Assembly (NCBI GenBank): GCA_030704615.1
Contig: CM060734.1
Coordinates: forward strand, 47,616,001 to 47,680,000
From: Takakia lepidozioides
Taxonomy: Eukaryota > Plantae > Bryophyta
DNA: 64,000 nucleotides
Direction: 5' to 3'
Part shown: one piece after another, positions 14,526 through 26,910 of the stretch
How the letters are laid out: each line of letters starts with the position of its first letter
How positions within the stretch are numbered: position 1 is the first letter of the stretch
Program-made: the position numbers and the translations under genes
Notes under the pieces: generated by a model
The model's input: the letters and a program-made list of their open reading frames with translations, nothing else
What the model was told of the DNA's origin: nothing
Database searches by the model: none

Positions 14526-17500
14526 ATGTTAGCTCAACGTGCAGGCGTTTGCCTTTCTGGTTGCAATAGGGGGTTCATATTGGGCAATGGTCGCGGATGT
14601 TCTGTGTCCTTCCGGGGTCCACTCCTCGGTAAATTGTTGAAAACACCGCCCAGGATTTGGGTAGATGGTTTTGAGGGCGCTGGAGTGGCTGTAAGGCAGA
14701 AGGGTGGAGCAGGGCTGGTGGAGGAGGGGAAGGGTGGAGCAGTAGAGGGTAGCCTTTGTCCACAGTTGGAATTTGCAGGAAGGATCGAGAGTGGCGATAG
14801 GACGATGTCTAAGGCGAACAATGCTGTAGGGTCACAGAAAGCACGGGTGGTCGTAATTGCGGGGCCTACAGCAGTTGGAAAGACGCGGGTAGCTCTGGCG
14901 CTAGCAAAGCAGCTGGGTGGAGAGATTATAAGCGCTGACTCTGTGCAGGTACAATTCTGGCCTCATATTCGGTGCTTCTTTCACAATACACGTCTATTTC
15001 TGCTTGGGTATTTATACTGTATAACGAGGGTGATTTCTGGAGGGATACTTAATCGTGCAGACAATCTGTAACTTCTGGGTTTTAAAGTTCCAATTCCGCC
15101 AAGAGGGTAGCTGTGATTTTTTGAACTTGTCTTTTGACCACATGCACTCATTTCCTCACAAATGTAGGTGAACAAATGTGGGTGAACTACCCTCTGATTG
15201 AGGCCTCCCTAACCAGGCAGAACTCATGGGCTCTGTTTAGTGTTCCTGAAGTTTTTCTCAACTTGGACCTAGTACATTGCTTGTTCTTCACCCGCATCCT
15301 TGTCCAGGCTTTTCCTTGTCCGGCACGAAACTGTTTGGTTTCGTTTTCTGTTGATTTGTAGAAATATCACTGCCAAGGATCTAATTTTGTGCATTCACAG
15401 CGTTTTGATGTACTCGGAGCAAATTTGAACTGTGGTAACTTGAGGTTGTTTTTTACTATTTTGAACTAGTTTGTGGATGCACACCAGATGGACGATATGC
15501 TAATGAATATCTTACAGTTTTTCTTGTTTTTGTACATGAGCTTGGACATGGGAGAACCCTTTCATAGTAGCTAGTGGGTTGGGGAGAGCGGTTGCAATAG
15601 AGGAATGGCTGACCTATATTAGGCCCATATTGGTGCGTTGAGCCATTCTTGTAGTTGCAACATAGACTCATCAATTTTGTCACGGTACCCGGTTATAGTC
15701 TCCTAAAAAGGTCTTTGTACAGGTGTATAAGGGCCTGGATGTGGGAAGTGCCAAAACACCATTAAATGAGCGTGAGGTGAGAATATTACCCAAAGGCTTC
15801 CTCCCTCTAATACTTGGTTCAGGAAGGAAATATATGGAGAAAAAATGCCAAGAGTTAGCATGTGATAGTGAACAACTTTGGTTGACAACATTCCCAATGT
15901 TAGACTCTCTCCTGTACCATATCTGCTTGCATTTGCTGAAGTGTACGTTCTTGTATTTGTCATATCATTATTAATGATATCAACGTCCTGTTTAGCTACT
16001 CTGCATATTGTTCATGAGTTGTGTGTTAGTACTACAAAGAATGTATGGACTTAACATTAGATAAAAGTGATAAGACTGAAAGTGTTTCTGCAGGGTGTTC
16101 CGCATCACTTGGTGGACATCGTCCATCCCACCGAAGGTTTGTTACCGTTCCAAGGCAGACTTTCTGTTGTAGCTGGTTGCAAAGCTTAGTTGAAGGAAGG
16201 CTATTTGGTAACTATGTTATGTCACTGCTTCCCTATTTGCTGGCTGTTGTGGTACAAGCTGCCTAGTGCTCTCCAGCAGTGTACAAGTTCGTAGTCTCCC
16301 CTTGAGCCTTGCTACTATTCTGATCAATCAGTAGCTATCAGTCATTCACTAGGTATTGATAGATTGTTGCTATTAAGTAAGGATGACTGCATTTCTGTGT
16401 GGTGGGTTCAGAGTGGTATGATAAATGCAGATTACACAGCCGGACTCTTTTTTGATGATGCAAGAGCTGCCACAGAGAAAGTGCTAGCCAAGGGCCATGT
16501 CCCCATTGTTGTTGGGGGCACAGGCATGTATTTGCGCTGGTGCGTGTGCACCCTGCGTAATATTATTGTTGTGGACTGGTTAGCTTGTCACTTTTTTCTA
16601 CTCATCTGAGTCCTTGGCTGACCATAAAAAGGTTGAAATTTATCTATGACACCATCACTCTGTACTTTGTTTTGTTGATGTAGAGACATCGCAATTTCAG
16701 GCACCTCATGGATTCTCCTTTTAGGGAACTTACATTCAGTGGGTGTGATGGTGTGTTTTGGTACAGAGTAAAACACAGTCATTGAGTAAAATATTGCATA
16801 ATGGCTGAGTGCGTACTTTGAGTTGGCTGATCAGGTACATGAGTGGGAAAGCGAGAGCCCCAAAAGCCACTGAGGAGGTGACTGCAGCAGTTGAGGCAGA
16901 AATTGCCCAGTTGGTGAGCAGCGGAGGGGGCTGGGAGGCTGGAGTATGCATGTTGGCAGAGGCTGGTGACCCTACTACTGCGCACAGTTTGGCCAGTAAT
17001 GACTGGTACCGACTGCGCCGTGCACTTGAAATTGTCAAGGTGCCCGACCACAGCCTCTCTCTAGAATGCTCCATACCTGTTATAGACAGAAAAGTCAATG
17101 TGACAAACGCACGAGTATTCTCGCTCGATCTGATAAGTACTCTACTAACAGATCCCTTCTGAGCATAGCATTAGAAGGATCAAAATAATGATAATGCTAC
17201 TTACATTGGTACCTTATTTCTTCTTGTCTTTCTTTCTCCCATCGAGTCTCTAGTACCAGCTTAAGGAGTACCGTTGACTGAAGAGATTGTCTTCAAGAGG
17301 CCTCCTCATATCTGCTGCATGTACATGCCGTTCCGTCCCTCTTGAATTGTCTCATTGAAAGAGATGCTCACATTCAAAGCACTTGGACAAAGAGCTCAAA
17401 CTATCTGGCATCTGTGAAAGGGTAAATTAGGCTGCATCTTTACAGACAGTTTACTGGGAAGGGCCATGCAGGTATCAGGCCGCCCACGTGGTGACTTTCC

Positions 17501-19830
17501 TAACCCAGACAGTATGACTGGGAGCGAGAATGGTAGTAATGGAGATATAGAGTGGGATTACGACTTCCAGTGTTACTTTTTGTATCAGCCACGCGCAGAA
17601 CTGTATCAGTGGATCGATTTTCGGTGCGAGCAGATGGTGGCAGGTAGATACTGGCAATTAATTCATTTTGGTTCTCACTTTTGTTGTGAGGAATGATGTG
17701 ACACTGGAGGTGATATTTCCAATATGGGGAAACCCTGTACATCATAGCCGGTCCCTTTTATGTGCTGGAGTCTGCTGGCTTTCTGTGCGGTTATCAGCCC
17801 ATTTATTCCTCACCTTATGATAATTCTCTCCTTGAAGAAAAGACAACTTGTTTCAATGTGAATCAGCATTTTATAGTTGTCCACTGATAGAGGTCTCATA
17901 GATAAGAACTCAACTGTATCAACTTATTACAAGGACGTGCAGAGTTTAATCTCTCAAGGTCTCATGCTTAGAATTTGTCAAATGAGTGTTATGCCAAAAG
18001 ATTTGGCATTCATCCCTACCTATCCATCAGTTCTGAGGAGTCCTCAAGTACCTTAAGTGTCTCCAGTTTTGTTTGTCTGCAGTTCCCATGATGGTTAATG
18101 GTCCTGCTTCTACAATCGGACCCAAATGTCTCTGCTGAGAGAGAGAATCTACTTCACTGGGTATTTTGTGAGTTCCTGGTCTATGGATTCTGGAATGAGT
18201 GTATATGCTCTCACCTGGGCTGGTGGGTTGAGTGGATGCAGACACAGGGGGTCTGCTGGAGGAGGCATCATGCCTGCTGGACTTGGGTGTCCAACCTGAC
18301 AGTAACTCTGCTTCCCGTGCCATTGGATATCAAGGGGTAATGCTTTTTCCATTTTGGTGGCTTCTCAGCAGTTAAGTGATGGTGTGCAGGTTGACAGAAA
18401 CTGATACAGGATAGTTGGTGAGCATCATACAGATCATGTTACTTGAAGCTTCTAGGCTTAAGGGATTTGAGCAATTGAGGATCTTTGGTGAAAGGAGGGG
18501 GCTTTTTATTGAATGCACGTCTATCGTAGTTTGCTCATCCAGTGTAGCCTGCCCTAATATTTCTTCAATAAGTTATTCATACAAGCACTGCTGCTGGCAG
18601 GCGATGGAGTTTTTGTTAGAGTGCCGTGCAGCGGGAGGCATGACCACAGAGGAGCGCTTTTTAGCATTTCTGTCAGCCTTCCAACAAGCATCTAGGTCCA
18701 AAATGCATTTCGTTTCCAATGCTGTCTCTCAGTAGCGAATATTGAAATGGTGTGTCTAGTGTGGATAGATGTGTGGTACAGTCACAATGGCAACTATTCC
18801 ATGCTTGGGTTAACTTTACCGTACCAAGGTAGTTACATCTTTATTGGAGATACATTATGAATCGAAAACAAACTTTGACCTCAAGGAACTAAGTCACATA
18901 ATGTATGTATTTGATGTGGCAGAAATCTGGTAAAGAAGCAACTGACATGGTTTCGGAGTGGTACTCATAGTGAATTGCGCCTATTTCACTGGATTGATGC
19001 CTCCCAGCCGCTGGTCAGTGCTCTGTTTTCTTCCAAATTTTCTTTGGCTGACATGGCCCCTGACAAACAAAGTGAGTTTGGATGGTGAACTCAGGGAATC
19101 TAGAATGATTGTACCTCTGCTTGGATCTTGCACTAGCACTTGCAGTATGATTTTGTCCAACACTGATCGACAGCGAGAGACTCCTCAAGTGAGTTGTTAC
19201 TTGGGACTTGCAGCATGACATCTTGGCAGCTTTGGAGACGGAGTACCGAAGACCCCCTTGCTCAGATACCAAGTTGAAGGGGGAAGAGGCACTCAGGGAG
19301 GCAAGTTACAAGGAAGGGAAAGGCTTGAAGTGCTATCAGGCTACAAAGAGGTGCAAACATCCGTTAATTGTTTGAGAGATATGGAGATGTTGGTCGCTGA
19401 TCTGGTGATCTGGTCATGATTTGAGGCACCCAGACGACGGCAATTATGTCTAGGGAGGTCTATATTTCCATCAGATGTTCACGAGGGCTTACGTCTTGTT
19501 TGGCCATTGAGCAAAGTGTTCGTGTCGTGGGCTGTGGGGGGTGAAGTGTTTATGCCAAGTGATTGTACTGGTATGAGGTCCATGCAGGCGCATAGCATGC
19601 AGTCCATTGCTCCTTCATGTGGTAACTCATTAGTTTGGAGTTGTGATAGCATGTTTGTCATGTTTCAACTGCAGAGTTAGAGGGAAGGGGAAGACCTTTG
19701 CTTGCTTATATGTAAAAAAACTTGCTGCTGCATCTCCAGGATCTTCTCGAGTTCTGAGGCATGTGCACCTGTCTTGGACTGGGTGAAGCGAACACAGGGA
19801 GGCAAGAGATTGGCTCCAAGTGAAGTCTAG
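14526..19830 (+). CDS. IPT9: tRNA dimethylallyl(isopentenyl)transferase, MiaA/IPT9-type, with N-terminal extension (possible transit peptide), 11 exons
   Basis: Exons 14526-14948, 15723-15776, 16094-16136, 16431-16539, 16835-17039, 17472-17643, 18242-18336, 18601-18695, 18923-19013, 19214-19350, 19740-19830. Motifs: P-loop GPTAVGKT, EIISADSVQ/VYKGLDVGSAK, GVPHHLVD, VVGGTGMYLRW, NDWYRLRRALE, AIGY, SRNLVKKQLTWFR. Confidence 0.93.
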
Positions 19831-20756
19831 CAGTTTTAAAGCAGAGATAACTTGGGTGAGACTTCCAATCAATCTGAGTTGGCAGTAGCTGGACTCTCTC
19901 AGATACCATACTGGGTATTCAGTACCTGGTGTTGGTCAGGAATGCACTTTGTTCTTACATCCAACAGATGTTGATGCATAGTATCTAGAAGGCCCTCTAG
20001 TCCCCAGGCTGTTTTCAACCAGAAACTGTCCGGCTAGATTCAACTTAATTCCGAGTACTTTTGTTTGAATAGCCAGGTAAGTATGGGCAAGTTGAAGATT
20101 GGGACATACTCCCGGAGCATTGTAATGAACTTGTGCAATACTTAATGTATGCTATGTTTTTCTCTGACTAGCTCTGAATGTTGATCTCCTAATGCAGGGC
20201 ATTTGACTTCTCCATTACAGCAGCACAGTGCACATTGGCTGGCAGGGCCCAATTCCCTTGTCAAATCTAGCATCTGCAGTCAGTATCCTGCTTTGTGTGA
20301 TGACAAAACATAGAGGAAAACTTATGAGCATGTTTTCAGCCAGACTTCCATTTACATTCCGGTCAAAGGCAAAATCGCCAATCCAGGCCACCTTAGTGGA
20401 TTTCATCCATTGGACAGCTGCATGTGCTGTACATTGGTGTATGGTAAGTTTCCTTCCCATTCTTCACTTCCATATATGGACAGATTGTGTTTCAATATGA
20501 ACTATAGGAAAACAATGTACATAAACTGCTATACAACTCCAGATTCCGTGTCCACCTCCTTTTTCAAAATTTCCTCTGTTCTGGATGGATAGGGTAAGTT
20601 GGACAGTAAGAAGATCTTTCGCCTTCGTAATTTGGGTGGATTTCTTTTGTACTTCACCAACTCTATAAAATCCAGAAGTCAGATGAGGCTTATAGCCTCA
20701 ATGAGCAATAACCATTCCTCCTCCGAAGTCGGGTGTTCTCTCTCCTGGACTTCACT

Positions 20757-21880
20757 TCACAGAGAAGACCAGATGGGGATCCCTGGGAGGCTTTGTCCCC
20801 CATCCACAACAAAAATGTTGCCTGTAATGTAGTTAGAACCCTTGCTGGCCAAGAAAAGCAAAATCGAAGTCAAATCAGGCTCAGTGCTCCCCCAGCGTTG
20901 AAGTGGTACGATCTTTGTGGCGACCTTGTTCAACCAATCCTTGGCAAAGAGATCACTCGTAATCTCTGACTTGAATATACCTGCTGCTATGGCATTCACT
21001 CGAATGTTGAACTTCCCAAGCTCAAGTGCAAGAGTCTGCACAAACAAAGTTTGCTGAGCATGGAACTGCCAAAGCTCTTGTTCACATGCAAGATGGAGGT
21101 GGATGCAAGCTGGTTGAGATTTGTCTCGTGACATTGAGGAGCAAGTGAGGCATTATGCAATCTACCCCAAGGGTTGATGAATCATAAGTGTGGCACATAC
21201 CTTGGTCATATGAATCACGCCTGCCTTTGATATACCATAGGCCAGAGCACCGGGTAAAAGGCTCCGCTCCAGCCCTGAGATGGAAGAAATATTGATTATA
21301 GAACCTCCCCTTTTGCCTGCTCTCCATCGCCGCCCTACTGCCTTTGCCATGAGCCATGAGCCTCGTAAGTTGGTAGCCATCACACTGTTCCACTCTGCCT
21401 CCTCCAAATCCAAAGGGGACTTCACAGAACCTGCACACAGAGACTGGACTAAGTGCCAAGCCAAAACGATACAATCACTTTCTCCTTGAACATAAAAAGA
21501 CTTGCGTTTTATCCCTGCAAGGTGTAGGATTGCACTTTACCTCTAAAACCGGCATTGTTCACGAGGATATCGATCTGGCCAAACACCGCCCATGCTTTTT
21601 CGACCGATACCTCTATGGCAGCTTCATTTGCACTCACATCAAGCTCAATGATCGCAGCCTTTCCAGGTCTAGCAGTCGAAGCTCCATCTGAACCGCTTGA
21701 ATTATCCTGAAATTCCTTTGACAGAGAGTTGATTTCGTCCGAGAGAGACTGGAGGAGTTGCATGCGGCGGGCAGAAAGTATCACGTTGCAACCATGCTTG
21801 GCCAGAGCGGTAGAGAACACCCTCCCAAGTCCTGAGGAAGCACCAGTAATAATTGCAACCTTTCCTTCAAGATCTGCCAT
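20757..21880 (-). CDS. Classical short-chain dehydrogenase/reductase (FabG-like) with PTS1 (SSL>), 3 exons
   Basis: Exons 21880-21541, 21430-21201, 21035-20757. Motifs TGASSGLG, NNAG, NISS, catalytic YGISK, IRVNAIAAG, VVDGG; C-terminus PGIPIWSSL*. Confidence 0.92.
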
Positions 21881-22191
21881 TTTCACTTGTCTCTCTTCCA
21901 AGCTCAAACCGTCTGCCCCTTCCGCTTCCAATGCCCATACATTCAAACTCCAGCAAAGAGCTCACAAACATAACCCTCCATCTCTGTCTCTCTGCCTGTC
22001 TCTCTCTCAAACCCTGGCCCTGTTGGGATGTGCACACAGAGCAGATTGATGCTTGTGTGAAGGTCTGTCTAAGGGTCATCTGGCAACCCACCTCAAAAGA
22101 CACTTCCTTTCCTGCACTGACACTGATACTCATGATCTTTCTATACAATCCTTCTTTATATGCTAATCTTGAAGGCAATGTGATGGATTAC

Positions 22192-22274
22192 GGTCGCGTG
22201 GCCTAATGGATAAGGCGCTCGCCTCCGGTACAGGAGATAGCGGGAGATTGTGGGTTCGAATCCCACCGTGATCG
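22192..22274 (+). tRNA. tRNA-Arg (anticodon CCG) with a 10-nt intron at 37/38 (22229-22238)
   Basis: Full cloverleaf: acceptor GGTCGCG/CGTGATC, D arm GCCT-AATGGATA-AGGC, anticodon stem CTCGC/GCGGG, loop CT-CCG-G[TACAGGAGAT]A, T arm GTGGG-TTCGAAT-CCCAC. Exons match the plant cytosolic Arg-CCG sequence. Confidence 0.93.
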
Positions 22275-22279
22275 CCACG

Positions 22280-22284
22280 TTTTT
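22280..22284 (+). terminator. RNA polymerase III oligo-T terminator of the tRNA gene
   Basis: TTTTT starting 6 nt after the discriminator base. Confidence 0.7.
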
Positions 22285-22475
22285 CTTCCTTGACGAAGAT
22301 CCTGTTTTGGTAGAAGAAGAGTTGTTGGAATTGTGTTTCGTGGCCCTAAAGCATTTCGCAAAAACAAGAGTTGGATTCTGTCAAGTTTTTCCGAAGTTGT
22401 GTTTGACACGAGATTTTGAGGAGAAGGGAAGAAGACGATGGGGGGGATGGAGGGGAGCTAAGGGCAGCGAGGGGC

Positions 22476-23307
22476 ATGGCTCGCCGGGCAGCAGTGAAGG
22501 TGGTGGAGCCAGAGAGCGGTGCAGAGCGAGGTGTAGAGAAGGATGTGCTTGCAGCAGGGCGTGCAGCCTGCTACAAGGTGGCCATTCCTCATTCATGTAC
22601 TAAATAAGTTACGCTCGTATGCATTCCTTCTTCTTCTTTCAATTTTCCGTGGGTTGGTTGTTTCCCTCTTTCTTCAAGTGTGTGCCCCAATCAGGTGATC
22701 TGAATGAGCGGTCTTTGTTGCGTTTTCGACACAGCTGGTATCCGTGTATCTCCAGTTGGCTTAGCAATCTGATTATTCGCATCCGAGCAAGAGTCTGTGT
22801 ATCGGGGTGCCTAATGGTTACAGTGGGTTTGTTTCAGTAGAATGGAGTAGGTGACAATTGAGCAGGTGGGTTTTACATGGGAGAGGTGCAGGCTCGAGAT
22901 GCATTTTACGCGTGCTTGGAAGCTGATGCGGGGCATAGTACACCCACAGAGATCGCGTCTGTAGGACTCCTTTATCCTGCGCAATGTAAGGCTGCGCGCA
23001 CGACCTATGTCCAGAACTGTCGCACCACCTGGGTACGTGTTTTTTACAAAACTTGTTTTCCTCCTTTTGACCTCCTTTTGACAATTGCCTTCTCTTCAGA
23101 TAAATTTCATGATACGACTAGGATTGTTTTGATTGTATCTCTATGGGAAGAGTGTCGGAGGCCTTCTTACAGTCACCACTCATTTTGGAGCAGGTAAAAC
23201 ATTTTGACCGTCGATTTTGTGGAAAGAAAAGACTCACCAGGTTATTGGATAGTAATCGATCGACCCCTATCACGCTACCAGCTCAGACTTCAACCTTCAC
23301 TCAATGA
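22476..23307 (+). CDS. Cytochrome c oxidase subunit VIb-family / COA6-like twin-Cys protein, 3 exons
   Basis: Exons 22476-22577, 22892-23032, 23194-23307 give ...RAACYK/ARDAFYACLE...PTEIASVGLLYPAQCKAARTTYVQNCRTTW/VKHFDRRFC..., a CX9C-Xn-CX10C pattern. Confidence 0.85.
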
Positions 23308-23691
23308 TCTGTAGTGTTAGAACTTTCTATTGCAGGAAAGCTTCTGAAGATCCAATTCCTAGTTTTTGAACCTTCACTCAATGATCTGTAGTGTTAGAAC
23401 TTTCTATTGCAGGAAAGCTGTCTGAAGATCCAATTCCTAGGATTGTTTTGATTGTATCTCTATGGGAAGGAGTGTCGGAGCCTCTTCTTACAGTCACCCA
23501 CTCATTTGGAGCAGGTAAAACATTTTGACCGTCGATTTTGTGGAAAGAAAAGACTCACCAGGTTATTGGATAGTAATCGATCGACCCCTATCACGCTACC
23601 AGCTCAGACTTCAACCTTCACTCAATGATCTGTAGTGTTAGAACTTTCTATTGCAGGAAAGCTGTCTGAAGATTCCAATTCCTAGTTTTTG
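23118..23691. repeat. Near-identical local duplication of the last exon and 3' UTR of the COA6-like gene (A-B-B-A-B)
   Basis: A = 23118-23291 and 23437-~23612. B (about 71 bp) = 23292-23362, 23369-23440, ~23613-23685. Second copy of coding exon 3 at 23515-23628. Confidence 0.9.
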
Positions 23692-25199
23692 CGGCGCAGA
23701 GTTAGATCTTATCTCATTCAAGGGAGGAAACCTTGGACATTGAATAGTCAGAGGACCATTGCTCTCTTCAGTTAAGCTCCTTTGTGTCTATGCATGTGTA
23801 GACCTCGTTGGACTGATTGATAAAAAATCACTTTTTGTATAAAAACTTGCCCACTTCAATTTAGTGCTCAAGATGGTTCGTCAATGGGTCAGATTGTTTT
23901 GAAACTTTTGACTGTCCCACAAAGTTAACTCTCCTATTCCTAGATATTTTGACAGGTAGCCCAATAGTTCGGGGACTGGCCAATTTTGGTTGTCAGGGGG
24001 GTTTAGCACATTGGTGGGCGGGACTTGTGAAACTGGAAAGCCAGTGTGCGATTGAATTGGGCAATAAATTCTGTAGGCTCCAGCAGGTGGGGATTGTCAG
24101 AGAGCTCATTCCTGTCCTTATGGCACTGAGCTTTATAAGTGGCTGCAGCCTTCATCCTTGGGTTAGGTTTTGACTCGCTGTCTATGCTGTCTACAGCACC
24201 TTTTCCAAGTGTCTGGTTACTGTCAAATTGTAGCAGCAAAGTATATGGACATTTACCTAGGTGCAGGTGCTATCTGCTTCTGTTGTTTTTTACAAGAAAT
24301 ACTGTCTCGCAGAAGACAGTCAAAAACTTCAAAGCCACAACTTCGACTTGTCTGTGTCAATGGTGGTGATGAGGGAATGAATATGAGCCAGCCAGCTTTT
24401 GGACCCCAGAGTGAATCCAGTGGTATGTAACATGGATCCTAAGTCTAGGAAATGTGAGGATGTGGGTAAGCAGGGTAACGAAGGATCTCTAAGAATCTGA
24501 AAGAAGCATTTTCAAAACAATGTATCTGAACTTTCCGAGATGTAACTGGATACATTCAAGCTTGCAGTGAAGTCCCAGCCAATCTAGGTTGCAGCATATA
24601 TATACAGACTTGTCTAGTCCCTCAGACAAAGCTGGGAACTCTAATCAACTTCGTGGGAAACTGATCGAAAGGCAACACATAAAACAGAAGGGAGGCGCCA
24701 GGGTGGAAGCTAGGCTGACTGGCGGATATAAAAGGAAATTCGTACTCTGGGTTGAGCATCAGAAACTCAAATCAACAGCGTCCCGGGCGCACATATGGCA
24801 CCTCTCACCCACAGAATCTGTACGTTTATTGGCAAACAGAAGAACATTGATATATGGCCCCACTTTGTCCTTCAGCTTGTAAACAATGCAAACTGATGAG
24901 ACTCTGAGTGGAACTCAGGACCCAAGACATGGGGCTCTGAGTCTTCAATGCTGTTATACAAGGTGCTTTTAGGATGTTGAAGCCCTCGTCCTGAAGTAAA
25001 TCCCAAGGTGACAGATCAGTGCTGCTAAGTCCCACCCCCCCCCCAAAACCTTATGGTTTTCTTTTTTTTGGTGACAGCACAAAAGAGAGAGAGGGAGAGA
25101 GGGGGCAAAGAAAAAAATAAATAAAGGGTGCCCCCCCCAGTCCCCCATCCCCCGTCCCCACCCCCTCTCCCTGCCCTTTAACTCAAACAAAAAGGCAGC

Positions 25200-25551
25200 C
25201 CGGCCCTATGGACCCCCACCCGTCGCAATCCCCCCACTGCGACGCCCCGGGGGCCCCCTCTCTGCCACCTTGCGACGGCTGTGCGTCGCAGCGGGGGTGC
25301 GACGGGTTTTTCTTTCTTGCGACGGATGGGGTTGCAAGGGGGTGGGGGGGGGGGGGGGGGGCTGCCATTTGCCCCTTATGCCACCTTTGCGACGTCCGGG
25401 GCGACGCTTGGTCGAACCCGTCGGCGACGCCCGGGCGGCGCAAGTAGCCCCGCCTTGTCGAATTGTGATGTCGGGGCGTCGCAGGCTCAACGCCGCGCCC
25501 AGCGTGGGGGCGTGGCTGGCATCGCTAAACCCCCCCCCATTTGCTGTAGTG
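25200..25551. mobile_element. CACTA (En/Spm) transposon terminus with GCGACG subterminal repeats
   Basis: Ends in ...CCCCATTTGCTGTAGTG (reverse complement CACTACAGCAAATGGGG). Many direct and inverted GCGACG/CGTCGC motifs at 25220-25500. Matching other end not found. Confidence 0.7.
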
Positions 25552-26529
25552 AGTGATGCAAAGTGGAGGTGGTGTATGTGACTCTGCATGGGCTGGTGTA
25601 CTAGTGCAAACTGGACGAGGAGGAGATACAGATAGATGAGGATCAGAAGGTGGAGGAGGTGGAGCTAGACTAGTACAACTAGAGCATACTGGTGATGGAC
25701 GTGGAATATCGACATCATGAGGAGGCACCGGTGCAAGCGGTGGCCGGCTGCAAGCTCAGCGACCAAATAATCGAAGGGCATAGGGTAAGCCCCTCGTCTC
25801 ACGGACCCTATCTATGTCAAGCTGGGGAAAAACAAAGTCACATCCGGCAAAGAATGGTCCTCCTCCACTCATCACATATCTGTGATGTACTGTTTTCGCA
25901 CGCTTGGAGGGCAACGACTCGTGGCTGCACATAATGGCTACACATAATATATGATTTATACACTTAGTTTGTTGTTTACTAATATATTTAACCACAGTAA
26001 CTTCCATTACAGTATCAATTACAAGTCATTTTTAAATAAATGAGTACTTACAACAAACGTACGTCTTTATATACTAGCACAAATAATGTTATAACAATGG
26101 GTTATAGAATACTCACCCTTGCCGCATCAGCAATCCCCATTGTCTGATAGTGTTCACCCAACACCGCTTGCACCAACACTCCACCCGGGGGGTTTTGTCC
26201 ACTCCTAGCCTTGACTAAGAGGCCTAGGAACATGGGATGTGGAACTCTCGAGGTATGAATAACGTAACATCTCTAGCCAACCGCTCATCCCTACGTCGCC
26301 GTCTTGAAAGAGGTGGAGGTATATCAAGCATGCGGACATCATTGTTGGAGGTGTTCTCGTCGGATGGAACTATATTCCGATAATCATCCTCCGTGATTGG
26401 CCGAGCCCGTGAGCGTACCATCACCTGTAAAAAAAATAAAATCCAAAAACCTCACTATTGAAACTGCACTTCCAACTGATATATAAAATTATATGAAACA
26501 TGACATCATGCTTTAAAAAAACTCCAACC

Positions 26530-26910
26530 CCCAGGAAGCGACCCCTGGGGGTCACAGATATCGTGCGACGAGAAATGGGTGCCCACAGCATCCGGCACTA
26601 AAAACTTCTAAATCCCCGGAAGCAACCCCCAGGGGGTCGCAGCTAGAAAGCGACGGGAAATGGGTGCCCACAACATCCGACAGTAAAAACTACTGTCCCC
26701 GGAAGCGACCTCCAGGGGGTCGTAGCTAGAAAGCGACGAGAAATGGGTGCCCACATCATCCGACACTCAAAACTACTAAGTCCACGGAAACGACCTCCAA
26801 GGGTTTGCAACTTGAAAGCGACGGGAAATGGGTGCCCAAACATCCGGCACTAAAAAATTCTAAGACCTCGGAAGCGACCGCCAGGGGGTCGCAGCTAGAC
26901 AGCGACGGGA
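26530..26910. repeat. Tandem minisatellite, about 84-bp unit x4.5, each unit with a GC hairpin
   Basis: Unit starts at 26534, 26618, 26701, 26786, 26870. Core GCGACC(C/T)CCAGGGGGTCGC followed by GCGACGGGAAATGGGTGCCCA. Confidence 0.9.

Noticed and set aside
14526-22274. Functional clustering of the tRNA-modifying IPT with the tRNA gene
   Set aside because: MiaA/IPT modifies A37 of tRNAs reading UNN codons; this tRNA is Arg(CCG) with G37, so it is not a substrate.
26530-26910. CRISPR-like array of palindromic repeats
   Set aside because: The sequence between hairpins is itself repeated, so there are no unique spacers; no cas genes; eukaryotic context.
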